64,000 nt of DNA from assembly GCA_050258935.1 (NCBI GenBank), contig JBLMZS010000055.1:344-64343 (forward strand), written 5' to 3'. Origin of the DNA: Bacteroidota bacterium. GTDB taxonomy: Bacteria > Bacteroidota > Ignavibacteria > Ignavibacteriales > SURF-24. The position numbers and the translations under genes were made by a program. The first letter of the stretch is position 1; each line of letters begins with the position of its first letter. Below the pieces are notes generated by a model. That model was not told the origin of the DNA, ran no database searches, and was given only the letters and a program-made list of their open reading frames with translations. Positions 39,226 through 47,625 of this stretch are shown in pieces.

Positions 39226-39281
39226 AATTCTGAATTTGTAATTCTGAATTTGTAATTCTGAATTTGCAATTCTGAATTTTG
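39226..39281 (+). repeat. Tandem repeat, 4 x 14 nt (AATTCTGAATTTGT), 7-nt periodicity TTNTGAA
   Basis: The units are at 39226-39239, 39240-39253, 39254-39267 (ends ...TGC) and 39268-39281 (ends ...TTTG). The array starts 3 nt after the maeB stop. Confidence 0.9.
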
Positions 39282-39295
39282 AAGGATAATTAAGG

Positions 39296-39322
39296 CATCC
39301 TGGTGAATTTCTCACCAGGATG
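39296..39322 (+). terminator. Hairpin downstream of maeB (11-bp perfect stem, no clear U-tract)
   Basis: CATCCTGGTGA-atttc-TCACCAGGATG. Confidence 0.45.
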
Positions 39323-39483
39323 TCATGTATGTAAAGTGTGCAGAAATATACCTCTTTCAGTATCTTTCGGATTGCCCCGGTGCCTTTATTCCGGAAATAA
39401 TAAATCTGAATTCCGAATTTTTCCCTGTTTCCTTTCGTATTTTATTTTTTTAACTTTGAGAAATTTAATAATTAAAGTTTAAA

Positions 39484-40110
39484 GTGCTAAAGAGTATCAT
39501 ATATTTTCTTTGCAGCCTCATAGTCTTTCTGGCAGGTATTCTTCTGTATGGAATTATACTTAACCTGAGAGAACAGACTTTAAGTGAAGTGATTCAGGAA
39601 AAGCAATTGACATATCTTGCTAATATTCATATACTGATTGATAGGAGAAATTATAAACTGCATTTATATTCCGGCGATGTTCTGCTGAAATCCTATAAAG
39701 TGGTTTTTGGAAGGAACAATAGCTCAAGGAAGTATTTGCGCGATAAATATGCTACTCCTGCCGGCACTTATTCTGTATGCAGAATCGATACGGTTTCACC
39801 GTACAGGAAATTTTTGCTGCTGAACTATCCCAACCGGCACGATCTGGAGAATTCTCTGAAGTCAGGCGAGATCACTCGCGAAGAATATTTCCGGGCAAAT
39901 GAGGAACTGCAGTTTGAAGGTTGTACTCATCTGCCGGGTTTCAGGGATGCTGATATAGGCATACAAGGAATCGGACGTCTGGACTTTATACTGAAAAATC
40001 TGCCATTCGTGTACAACTGGACAAACGGTTCTGCGGCAATAAGCAACGATAATATTGACGAAATTTATAAAGTAATTAAAGTAGGTACCGAAGTTGTTAT
40101 TAAAAATTAA
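39484..40110 (+). CDS. L,D-transpeptidase (YkuD)-like domain protein with substituted catalytic residues
   Basis: 208 aa with an N-terminal TM helix. YKVVFGRNN...TPAGTYSV, IGIQGIG and WTNGSAAISNDNIDEIY line up with the YkuD blocks (TPxGxF, IxIHG, SHGC(I/V)RxxNxD). The His positions read Q and N, and the Cys position reads S. The start is GTG. Confidence 0.5.
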   Translation: MLKSIIYFLCSLIVFLAGILLYGIILNLREQTLSEVIQEKQLTYLANIHILIDRRNYKLHLYSGDVLLKSYKVVFGRNNSSRKYLRDKYATPAGTYSVCRIDTVSPYRKFLLLNYPNRHDLENSLKSGEITREEYFRANEELQFEGCTHLPGFRDADIGIQGIGRLDFILKNLPFVYNWTNGSAAISNDNIDEIYKVIKVGTEVVIKN

Positions 40111-40111
40111 A

Positions 40112-40792
40112 ATGCTGTTTTATGCCAGATACAGTTCAACTGCAGTTGCACTGTCGGCCGCTGCAACCCTGCTGGTTTTCTTTCTTTTCGGTTTGTCTTC
40201 GTGCAAGGATCAGAATAGCAAAAATCCGCTGCCTCAGATAGTTTCCGGCGATTCTGCTGCGGTATATGCCAAAAGAGATGCTGAGAGCAGGATCAGGAAA
40301 GTGCTTTCCGGAGAAAACGTCAGGTTTTTTGAATCCGGATCTTTCCAGGATACACTGAGTACTGCTTATGCTGCGGGTGTCGAATACAACAGCAAAGATC
40401 AGATGGGCATACGGTTTTATTGTTTCAGCCCTGTTCCGGACGGTCAGTACAAAAAGATATTTACTTCTCCTATACTGAACGGTTCTTTTGAATCCGCCCT
40501 GGTGAAAAAAATCAAGATTGCCACAACAGACAATGAACTGATATACTACAATTCTCAGGATTATTTTATGGGATCCGGCGGCGGAGAAATCTTTTCATAT
40601 ATAATTGATGCTGCCAGGGGAAAAGTTTATTACGCACATTTCTTTACTGTGCCTCAGAAACCGGTATCATTATTCATTTCGCGTGAAGTTGACCGCAGGG
40701 AAATCAGGGATTTCTTTGTACGAGTTTTTAAAAAAGACTATCCTGACATGAAATTAGTGAACAAGGATTATGATCTTGAAAATATTTTTTAG
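40112..40792 (+). CDS. Hypothetical lipoprotein
   Basis: The signal peptide carries a lipobox (LFGLSSC). The ATG is 1 nt after the preceding stop, and the ORF-track TTG 40094 overlaps the upstream gene. Confidence 0.55.
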   Translation: MLFYARYSSTAVALSAAATLLVFFLFGLSSCKDQNSKNPLPQIVSGDSAAVYAKRDAESRIRKVLSGENVRFFESGSFQDTLSTAYAAGVEYNSKDQMGIRFYCFSPVPDGQYKKIFTSPILNGSFESALVKKIKIATTDNELIYYNSQDYFMGSGGGEIFSYIIDAARGKVYYAHFFTVPQKPVSLFISREVDRREIRDFFVRVFKKDYPDMKLVNKDYDLENIF

Positions 40793-40800
40793 CAGGATTT

Positions 40801-42915
40801 GTGAATTTGAGATTTTCAGCCAAATATCTTCTTCCTATTTTATTATGTGTGTTCTTTCAGAAAGATACCCTGTATGCACAGCAACGCGGCCAGTACGAAC
40901 TTGTCAGTATTGAATTCCGCGGAAACGAATCGTTTTCCGATTCTCAGCTTGAGGAAATAATTGTTTCGAAAAGAACCCCGAACTGGTTCTATAAGTTCAT
41001 ACACAGAATTTCAAGCTCCATGGGACGCGAGGCCGAATACTTCGACTCGGTGAAAATACGCGACGACATCAAGGCGCTGAAAAACTACTATATGGACAAC
41101 GGTTACTTTCAGCTGAATGTTCAGTACCGCTATCGTCTGAGAAAGGATGAGCACGAAGCCGACCTGATATACACTATATCAGAAGGAGAACGCTACCGGA
41201 TTTCCTCATACAGATATGATGGTATTGAACGGCTCGATATTACTCCCAGGCTAAACCGCATAAACGACATTGACACTACTGAGTACTTCTCCAAAGAGCT
41301 CGTAGAGAAAAACCGGCAGGAGGTCAGGACATATCTCCAGGATCACGGGTACATGCTTACCACGCTGAAAAAACCCGATGTATTCATAGATACATCCAGA
41401 AAAACGGTCGATGTGAAGGTAGGCTTCATTCCGGGGAACAGGTACAGAATAAGCGACATAAGGGTGAGCAAGAGCGGGAACGCACGGGATCAGGTTGATG
41501 ATGAACTGATAATCAAGCTCACCAGCATAGACAAGAATGATTTCTATAGCCTGGATGAAATCAACAGGGCACAGGTGAGGCTGTTCAACACTACTATGTT
41601 TTCTTCTGTGCTTGTAAACAGTGTGATCGAAGATACTTCCGGCAATTATGTGCCCCTGAATGTCAGTGCCGACATCCCTTCTCTCAGGGAGCTCTCACCC
41701 GAACTGATTATCAACAATCAGGAGAATACTCCCAATGTTGGTATTGGTGCCCAGTATTCCAAGAAAAACTTTTTTGGCAATGCCCGATTATTTACACTTA
41801 GCGGCAATTTCGTAGTCCAGGATGTTTTCAACGTAGATTATGGAAATCTCTCGAAATTTCTTGCCCTGGGTGACACAACATTTCTGGGCTATTTTGATAC
41901 CCGCGCAAAGATTTCGCAGCCTTACCTGTTCAACAAAAAAGTCACCAGCACTTTTGAAGGCTATGTTACCATAAACAAGCAGCGGCAGTATAAGGCAACC
42001 ATATACGGCGGTAAACTGAGCTTTGATTTTGAACTCCCGCGCTGGGTGTTCATGAATTCACTCGTGACATATTACAATGTCGAACGGTCAGTACACGACT
42101 ACCAGCCCGATTATCTGAAGAAACGGCTTTCGTCAGGACAGAGCGACTCCCTCGCTGAAGTAATAGGCCGGGTCAGAAAAAAAGATTTTTCTTCCATTAT
42201 CGGTATGGAAGTAAGCGCCATGCAGACAGACAACCTTTTGTTCCCTACAAAAGGATATACACTGTCGTTTACACTGGAGGAAGCCAATTCAATTCCTAAC
42301 ATTATTGCAAGAGTGTTCGGGAGCCGTTCGAACGAGAATTCTCAGTTCTACAGGATAATTGCCAAAAGTACTTATTACCCGAAAGTTTATTCTTCTGAAA
42401 AAAATGCTTTCGGCATGAAACTGCGACTTGGGTATGCTCAGGTCTATTCGGGGAGGAAGGATGATATACCTCTGAATCAGCGTTTTACAGCCGGCGGCAG
42501 CAATTCCGTCAGAGGCTGGAATTCAAGGGATCTCATCCCGAAAAGGTCTATAGACCTGACTAATCTTTCGAGTCAGGACTTTATCAGCTATGTCTTAAGA
42601 CAGGTGCCTGTGGGAGGTACATTTCTGCTGGAAGGATCAGTTGAGACCAGGAACCGGATTATCGGAGCCTTCGGCGGTGCTCTGTTCGCTGATTTCGGCA
42701 ATACATGGGACAGGATAAGTGATTTCCGTATTGACAAAATTGCCGTCGCCATGGGCTTTGGTATAAGATACTATTCTCCGTTTGCCCCGATAAGACTTGA
42801 TCTGGGCTTTAAGGCCTACGATCCGTATGACGGTAAAAACCTGTTCCAGAAATTCAGGAATTCCCGCGTCATTGACAACATACAATTCCACGTCGGTATA
42901 GGCGAAGCCTTTTAA
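40801..42915 (+). CDS. BamA/TamA-family (Omp85) outer-membrane protein
   Basis: 704 aa. It has a signal peptide and POTRA-like repeats (YELVSIEFRGNESFSDSQLEEII..., IRDDIKALKNYYMDNGYF). The C-terminal beta-barrel contains RFTAGGSNSVRGW and ends in ...GIGEAF. The start is GTG. Confidence 0.75.
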   Translation: MNLRFSAKYLLPILLCVFFQKDTLYAQQRGQYELVSIEFRGNESFSDSQLEEIIVSKRTPNWFYKFIHRISSSMGREAEYFDSVKIRDDIKALKNYYMDNGYFQLNVQYRYRLRKDEHEADLIYTISEGERYRISSYRYDGIERLDITPRLNRINDIDTTEYFSKELVEKNRQEVRTYLQDHGYMLTTLKKPDVFIDTSRKTVDVKVGFIPGNRYRISDIRVSKSGNARDQVDDELIIKLTSIDKNDFYSLDEINRAQVRLFNTTMFSSVLVNSVIEDTSGNYVPLNVSADIPSLRELSPELIINNQENTPNVGIGAQYSKKNFFGNARLFTLSGNFVVQDVFNVDYGNLSKFLALGDTTFLGYFDTRAKISQPYLFNKKVTSTFEGYVTINKQRQYKATIYGGKLSFDFELPRWVFMNSLVTYYNVERSVHDYQPDYLKKRLSSGQSDSLAEVIGRVRKKDFSSIIGMEVSAMQTDNLLFPTKGYTLSFTLEEANSIPNIIARVFGSRSNENSQFYRIIAKSTYYPKVYSSEKNAFGMKLRLGYAQVYSGRKDDIPLNQRFTAGGSNSVRGWNSRDLIPKRSIDLTNLSSQDFISYVLRQVPVGGTFLLEGSVETRNRIIGAFGGALFADFGNTWDRISDFRIDKIAVAMGFGIRYYSPFAPIRLDLGFKAYDPYDGKNLFQKFRNSRVIDNIQFHVGIGEAF

Positions 42916-43072
42916 CTGTCCTCTCGCGCCAGGTATAATTGGAAAATAAAAAATTGAAATCCGTTACGATGGACGGTTTACGTCTGAGGGAAAAATGACG
43001 CCGGTTAGTCGGATGATGGTTCTATTGCAAATTGCCACTTATAAAAATAACAGAAGTCAGAATATCATACAG

Positions 43073-43103
43073 GGCTGTTTCCTTTTGGAGACGGCCTTTT
43101 TTT
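43073..43103 (+). terminator. Rho-independent terminator downstream of the BamA-like gene
   Basis: GGCTGTTTCC-tttt-GGAGACGGCC (two G-U pairs) is followed by T7. Confidence 0.7.
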
Positions 43104-43626
43104 ATATATTGCTAAAGAATTTGTGAAATTGGAAATGAAAAATCGATTTTTTATATTTGGGTACATTTTGTCCGAATTCCAGTATATTATTATTACTAAA
43201 AATTTATGCGCAACAAATAATGTCAGATATAATGTTTCAGCACGCTTACAGTACCAAATAAATCAAGAATGAATCAGTTATACGGACCTCAGACTGATAT
43301 CTTTTTCCCTTTCAGGAAAATTGAATAATAGTACTACCGTTTATTCTGCCGGACTGGAAATACTGCAGCTATATCAGTATACCTTTAGCCGTTTATATTT
43401 AGGATAAAACTATTCCTTGCTCTAAAAGAACATAAGGATAGTGAAGGACATTTGTACCCTTTATAAAGTGATCAGTCAGCAGAGAGAAAAGAGAAGTAAT
43501 TGAGCAGTGACAGATTCTGCAAAATGTTAGTTGTTATGATGATCATTGGACCTAAGATGTTTCTGATACAGGTAATAGAATTTTAGCTTATATACATAAA
43601 CATTATTATAAATAAAGAGGAGAAAA

Positions 43627-45465
43627 ATGAAGAGCAGGCATTTACGGTTAAATTCGGATAAAAAATATAGTTTTCTTTTAATTACTGCAGTTTTACTGCT
43701 GTCAGGTTTCAATCCGCTGCTGGCGCAGAAACTTGGAACCAGCGGTAGCTCACTGCATACCGCGATCGTGAAATACGACGGAACTGCTTACACCTGGGGA
43801 ACTAATAGCTTCGGTCAGCTGGGAGATAATACAAGCTTACAAAAAAACGCGCCTGTTGCCGTCTATTTGGGTACGAGTACCAGTAATGGAGCATTATTCG
43901 GTAAGACTTTAACTGCAATTGCTATGGGATTATATCACACGGTAGCCTTGGATTCTGACGGAAAAGTTTACGCCTGGGGAGATAATAATAATGGTCAGTT
44001 AGGCAATGGCAACAATAGTAACAGCCGTGTGCCTGTAGCTGTGACCATAGATAAGAAAATTACTTCAATTGCCGCGGGATCTATGCACGCAGTGGCCCTG
44101 GCTGAGGACGGAACGGTTTACGCATGGGGAAATAATTACTACGGTCAGTTGGGCGACGGCTCTACTACAAACAGAAACGTGCCTGTAGCAGTAAATACCA
44201 GCGGAGAACTAAACGGCAAGAAAATAATCGCAATTGCTGGGGGACAGGAGTATACAGTGGCTCTGGATAACGATGGGAAAGTTTACGCCTGGGGGACGAA
44301 TAGCCTCGGTCAACTGGGTAATGATCAAAAGTACGTAGAAAAAAATAGCCTGCCTGTAGCCGTGTATATCGGCACCAGCACCAGCAAAGGAGAATTATAC
44401 GACAAGAAAGTAACAGCAATTGCAGCGGGACAATCACACACTGTAGCCCTTGCTGACAACGGAAAAGTTTACGCATGGGGACTGTGTGGCAACGGTCCAC
44501 TGGGTAATGGGATAAGTACAAATGAAATTATGACCAAACCTGTGGCAGTAAACACCACCGGAGAACTATACGGCAAGACAATAACAGCAATTGCCGCGGG
44601 ATCTAGTCACACGATAGCCCTTGATGACAACGGGAAAGTTTACACCTGGGGATATAATGCGTACGGACAGTTGGGCAACAATTCTACTACAAACAGCGCC
44701 GTACCTGTGGCAGTAAACACCACCGGAGAACTAAACGGCAAGACAATAACGGCAATTGCAGCGGGACAATCACACACTGTAGCCCTTGATGACAAGGGGA
44801 AAGTTTACACCTGGGGATATAATGCGAACGGACAGTTGGGCAACAATTCTACTACAAACAGCAGCGTGCCTGTAGCCGTAAATCAGATTGATATGGGAAC
44901 CCTTCCGGTGGAATTAAGCACATTTACCGCCAGGGTTAGCGGCTCGGGTGTGGAACTGTTATGGGAAACGGCAACAGAGGTAAACAATGCTGTCTTTGAA
45001 ATTGAAAGACAGAGTAAAAATGATGCCGAATGGAAAAAGATCGGTAATGTATTGGGCAACGGGACCAGCAATGCAATGCATTCATACAGCTATTTTGACA
45101 ATAGCGCTCTTGCTGGGAATTACAAATACCGGCTCAGACAGGTAGACAATGACGGCAGGTTTGAATACAGCGAGGCAATAGAAGTATGTGCAGGTGTACC
45201 GACAGTGACAGAACTGGTACAGAACTATCCTAATCCGTTTAATCCATCGACAGTGATCGGCTACAGGCTCTCAGGCCAGGAAAACGTAGAGTTGTCAGTA
45301 TACAATATGCTGGGACAGAAAGTAGTGACACTTGTAAATGAGAGACAGGAGGCAGGTGTATACAGCGTAAGATTCAACGCATCAGAACTTTCAAGCGGAT
45401 TATACATCGCAAAGTTAAGGACAGATAATTATGCAAAAACAATAAAGATGAACTTTGTAAAATAA
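43627..45465 (+). CDS. Secreted RCC1-repeat (beta-propeller) protein with T9SS C-terminal sorting domain
   Basis: 612 aa with a signal peptide. It has about 7 repeats of the type G(K/T)VY(A/T)WG.N..GQLG(D/N)...VPV.V. The tail VQNYPNPFNPSTVIGYRL...GLYIAKLRTDN...MNFVK is a T9SS domain. SD AGAGGAG lies upstream. Confidence 0.82.
   Translation: MKSRHLRLNSDKKYSFLLITAVLLLSGFNPLLAQKLGTSGSSLHTAIVKYDGTAYTWGTNSFGQLGDNTSLQKNAPVAVYLGTSTSNGALFGKTLTAIAMGLYHTVALDSDGKVYAWGDNNNGQLGNGNNSNSRVPVAVTIDKKITSIAAGSMHAVALAEDGTVYAWGNNYYGQLGDGSTTNRNVPVAVNTSGELNGKKIIAIAGGQEYTVALDNDGKVYAWGTNSLGQLGNDQKYVEKNSLPVAVYIGTSTSKGELYDKKVTAIAAGQSHTVALADNGKVYAWGLCGNGPLGNGISTNEIMTKPVAVNTTGELYGKTITAIAAGSSHTIALDDNGKVYTWGYNAYGQLGNNSTTNSAVPVAVNTTGELNGKTITAIAAGQSHTVALDDKGKVYTWGYNANGQLGNNSTTNSSVPVAVNQIDMGTLPVELSTFTARVSGSGVELLWETATEVNNAVFEIERQSKNDAEWKKIGNVLGNGTSNAMHSYSYFDNSALAGNYKYRLRQVDNDGRFEYSEAIEVCAGVPTVTELVQNYPNPFNPSTVIGYRLSGQENVELSVYNMLGQKVVTLVNERQEAGVYSVRFNASELSSGLYIAKLRTDNYAKTIKMNFVK
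44635..44880 (+). repeat. Near-identical 165-nt tandem duplication inside the RCC1 gene (one blade = 55 aa)
   Basis: AAAGTTTACACCTGGGGATATAATGCG.ACGGACAGTTGGGCAACAATTCTACTACAAACAGC starts at 44635 and again at 44800, with only a few substitutions. At the protein level the pair reads GKVYTWGYNA(Y/N)GQLGNNSTTNS(A/S)VPVAVN. Confidence 0.85.
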
Positions 45466-45518
45466 GAATCTTCAGCAAAGTCCGAATGCATAAGAACAGA
45501 AATTGTGCATATCACACA

Positions 45519-45552
45519 GGGCCGTTTCCATAAGGATCCGGCCCTTTTATTT
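45519..45552 (+). terminator. Rho-independent terminator after the RCC1 gene
   Basis: GGGCCG...CGGCCC, with an inner TCC/GGA pairing, is followed by TTTTATTTC. Confidence 0.7.
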
Positions 45553-45598
45553 CTGCAGCAAAAATAATTTATATAGAAGTATCATCAAACTGAAAACT

Positions 45599-45651
45599 TC
45601 CCGCCTTCGGCGGGAGAAAACTCAGAATTCAGAACTCAGAATTCAGAACTC
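45599..45651 (+). repeat. Composite intergenic element: GC hairpin ending GGCGGGA plus (CTCAGAATTCAGAA)x2.2
   Basis: TCCCGCC-ttcg-GGCGGGA (45599-45615) is followed by gaaaa. Then come 14-nt units at 45621-45634 and 45635-45648, plus CTC. Confidence 0.85.
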
Positions 45652-45726
45652 TTCCCCAAACTTTCTTCTTTATTAACTCTTATATTTTCGCTAACTTTGT
45701 GGTTGTAATAATCTGGAGATGGATAA

Positions 45727-46602
45727 ATGGTTTCTAGTATGACCGGGTTCGGCAAAGGTTCTGTATCAACTGACAGCCTGAGCATTGAAGTAGAAATTAA
45801 AAGTGTCAATAACAGATTCCTTGAAACTTCACTGAAAATACCTAAGACACTTCAGTCTAAGGAATATGAAATTAGGGAAATGATCAGAGCCCGGGTTAAA
45901 CGGGGGAAGCTGCTGGTTGCAGTCCAGTACAAAAAAAACGGATTTGACGAAGGGAAACCGGTACTGAACCAGTCTAATCTGGATTATGCGGTTCAGTTCT
46001 TAAAGCAGATAAAGAAGAGTGCAAAAATAAAAGAAAAAATTACGCTTTCACACCTTCTGGCTTTCAACGATATTTTTATGGCAGATACCGGTGACGAGGT
46101 TGAGCATGAATTTGAACTCGTGCGGACTGCTGTAAATCAGGCGATCGACGAACTGCTGAAAATGAGAAACAAGGAAGGCGAACAGCTTGCAGCAGATATA
46201 GTTGCACGAATTGCCTCAATAGGTGAAACAGTCACGAAAATTGAAGAGCTCAACCGCAACAGTGCAACTGAGTATTTTGAAAAAGTAAAAGACAGAGCCA
46301 GACAGATTATCGGTGACCTGTCAGCATACAGCGACAGGCTTGAAATGGAACTGGCGCTGCTTGTAGATAAATCCGATATCACTGAAGAGTGCGTCAGGTT
46401 GAGCAGTCACCTGAAATTTTTCCTGGAAGCACTCGAGACTTCAAACGAATCCGGGCGTAAACTGAACTTTCTCTGCCAGGAAATCAACCGGGAAGCCAAT
46501 ACAATCGGAAGCAAGACCATGTCAACCGAAGTTTCGCATCTGACCGTATTCATTAAGGAAGAGCTGGAAAGGATCAGGGAACAGATACAAAATATAGAAT
46601 AA
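45727..46602 (+). CDS. yicC: YicC/YloC-family protein
   Basis: 291 aa, with the N-terminus MTGFGKG and the C-terminal block LNFLCQEINREANTIGSK. SD GGAG lies upstream. Confidence 0.85.
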   Translation: MVSSMTGFGKGSVSTDSLSIEVEIKSVNNRFLETSLKIPKTLQSKEYEIREMIRARVKRGKLLVAVQYKKNGFDEGKPVLNQSNLDYAVQFLKQIKKSAKIKEKITLSHLLAFNDIFMADTGDEVEHEFELVRTAVNQAIDELLKMRNKEGEQLAADIVARIASIGETVTKIEELNRNSATEYFEKVKDRARQIIGDLSAYSDRLEMELALLVDKSDITEECVRLSSHLKFFLEALETSNESGRKLNFLCQEINREANTIGSKTMSTEVSHLTVFIKEELERIREQIQNIE

Positions 46603-46649
46603 ACTGTATTATCCAATTTCTTTATCAGTCGATTGTTTCAGTATTTAGT

Positions 46650-47234
46650 ATGGATTTTTATTCTATGAAAAAAGGAAAGATTTTCGTAGTTTCTGCTCCC
46701 AGCGGTGCCGGAAAAACTACTATTGTAAGGTGTATTCTTAAGATGTTCCCTGAAATCGTTTTTTCGGTTTCGGCAACTACAAGAAAAAAACGACCAGCGG
46801 AAACACACGGTGTTGACTATTTTTTCCTGAGCGAGGAAGAGTTCCTGAAAAAAATCGAAAAGAGGGAATTTCTTGAATGGGAAAAATTTTATGATTATTA
46901 TTATGGAACGTTAAAAAGTTTTGTAGATGAAGTTACTGAGAGCGGCAGATCGATACTTCTCGAGCTGGATGTAAAGGGCGCCTTGAGCATAAAAAGCATT
47001 TATCCCGACTCGAAGCTCATATATATTATGCCTCCCAGTCTGGAGGTCCTGAAGCAGAGATTATTAGACAGAAATACCGAGACCGATGAAGATCTGCGTA
47101 AAAGGATCGACAGGGCAGAGATGGAACTGAAACTGTCTGACCAGTTCGACTATCAGGTGGTAAATGATGTGCTGGAAGATGCCGTAGAAAAAGTAAAAAA
47201 AATAATAGAAATAAATATAGAGGAGAACAGTTAA
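46650..47234 (+). CDS. gmk: Guanylate kinase
   Basis: It has the P-loop VVSAPSGAGKTT and the TTRKKRPAETHGVDYFF block. ATG 46665 is an alternative start. Confidence 0.92.
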   Translation: MDFYSMKKGKIFVVSAPSGAGKTTIVRCILKMFPEIVFSVSATTRKKRPAETHGVDYFFLSEEEFLKKIEKREFLEWEKFYDYYYGTLKSFVDEVTESGRSILLELDVKGALSIKSIYPDSKLIYIMPPSLEVLKQRLLDRNTETDEDLRKRIDRAEMELKLSDQFDYQVVNDVLEDAVEKVKKIIEINIEENS

Positions 47235-47528
47235 ATGGAAGCAAGTCCCGTTGATTTACGCAAAATTGATGAACATACTTCAAATGTGTACGAAGCTGTA
47301 ATCGTAGTTGCAAAGGAAGCTAAGAGACTCAATGAGGAAATGAGGATCGAATACAACTCCCTGGTCAACACAATTCCATCCAAAGGTCTTGAGGACGATA
47401 CCGAAGATGTGGAGAATCCGGACCAGCTGAAGGTATCACTCGAATTTGAAAAGAGGCCAAAGCCCCATATCCATGCTTTGCAGGAACTGCTCGAAGGAAA
47501 AATCGAATACAGGTACAGAAACGCATAG
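47235..47528 (+). CDS. rpoZ: DNA-directed RNA polymerase subunit omega
   Basis: 97 aa with an NVYEAVIVVAKEAKRLN core. It occupies the conserved gmk-rpoZ-coaBC position. Confidence 0.75.
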   Translation: MEASPVDLRKIDEHTSNVYEAVIVVAKEAKRLNEEMRIEYNSLVNTIPSKGLEDDTEDVENPDQLKVSLEFEKRPKPHIHALQELLEGKIEYRYRNA

Positions 47529-47625
47529 ATCTGAATTCAGACCACGGATGCTGGACGCGCCACGTTCCGGGGCGTGCTATGTTCCGGAGCAATATTTACA
47601 GATGACTAAATAATTTTTCGGGAAA

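Noticed and set aside
39226-39281. The tandem 14-nt repeats as a CRISPR array.
   Set aside because: The units are directly adjacent with no spacers, are only 14 nt long, and no cas genes are present. This is a simple tandem/REP-like repeat.
42994-43270. Small ORFs in the long gap upstream of the RCC1 gene (for example MTPVSRMMVLLQIATYKNN... and MKNRFFIFGYILSEFQYIIITKNL...).
   Set aside because: One reads straight through a terminator hairpin, and neither has a convincing SD or recognisable features.
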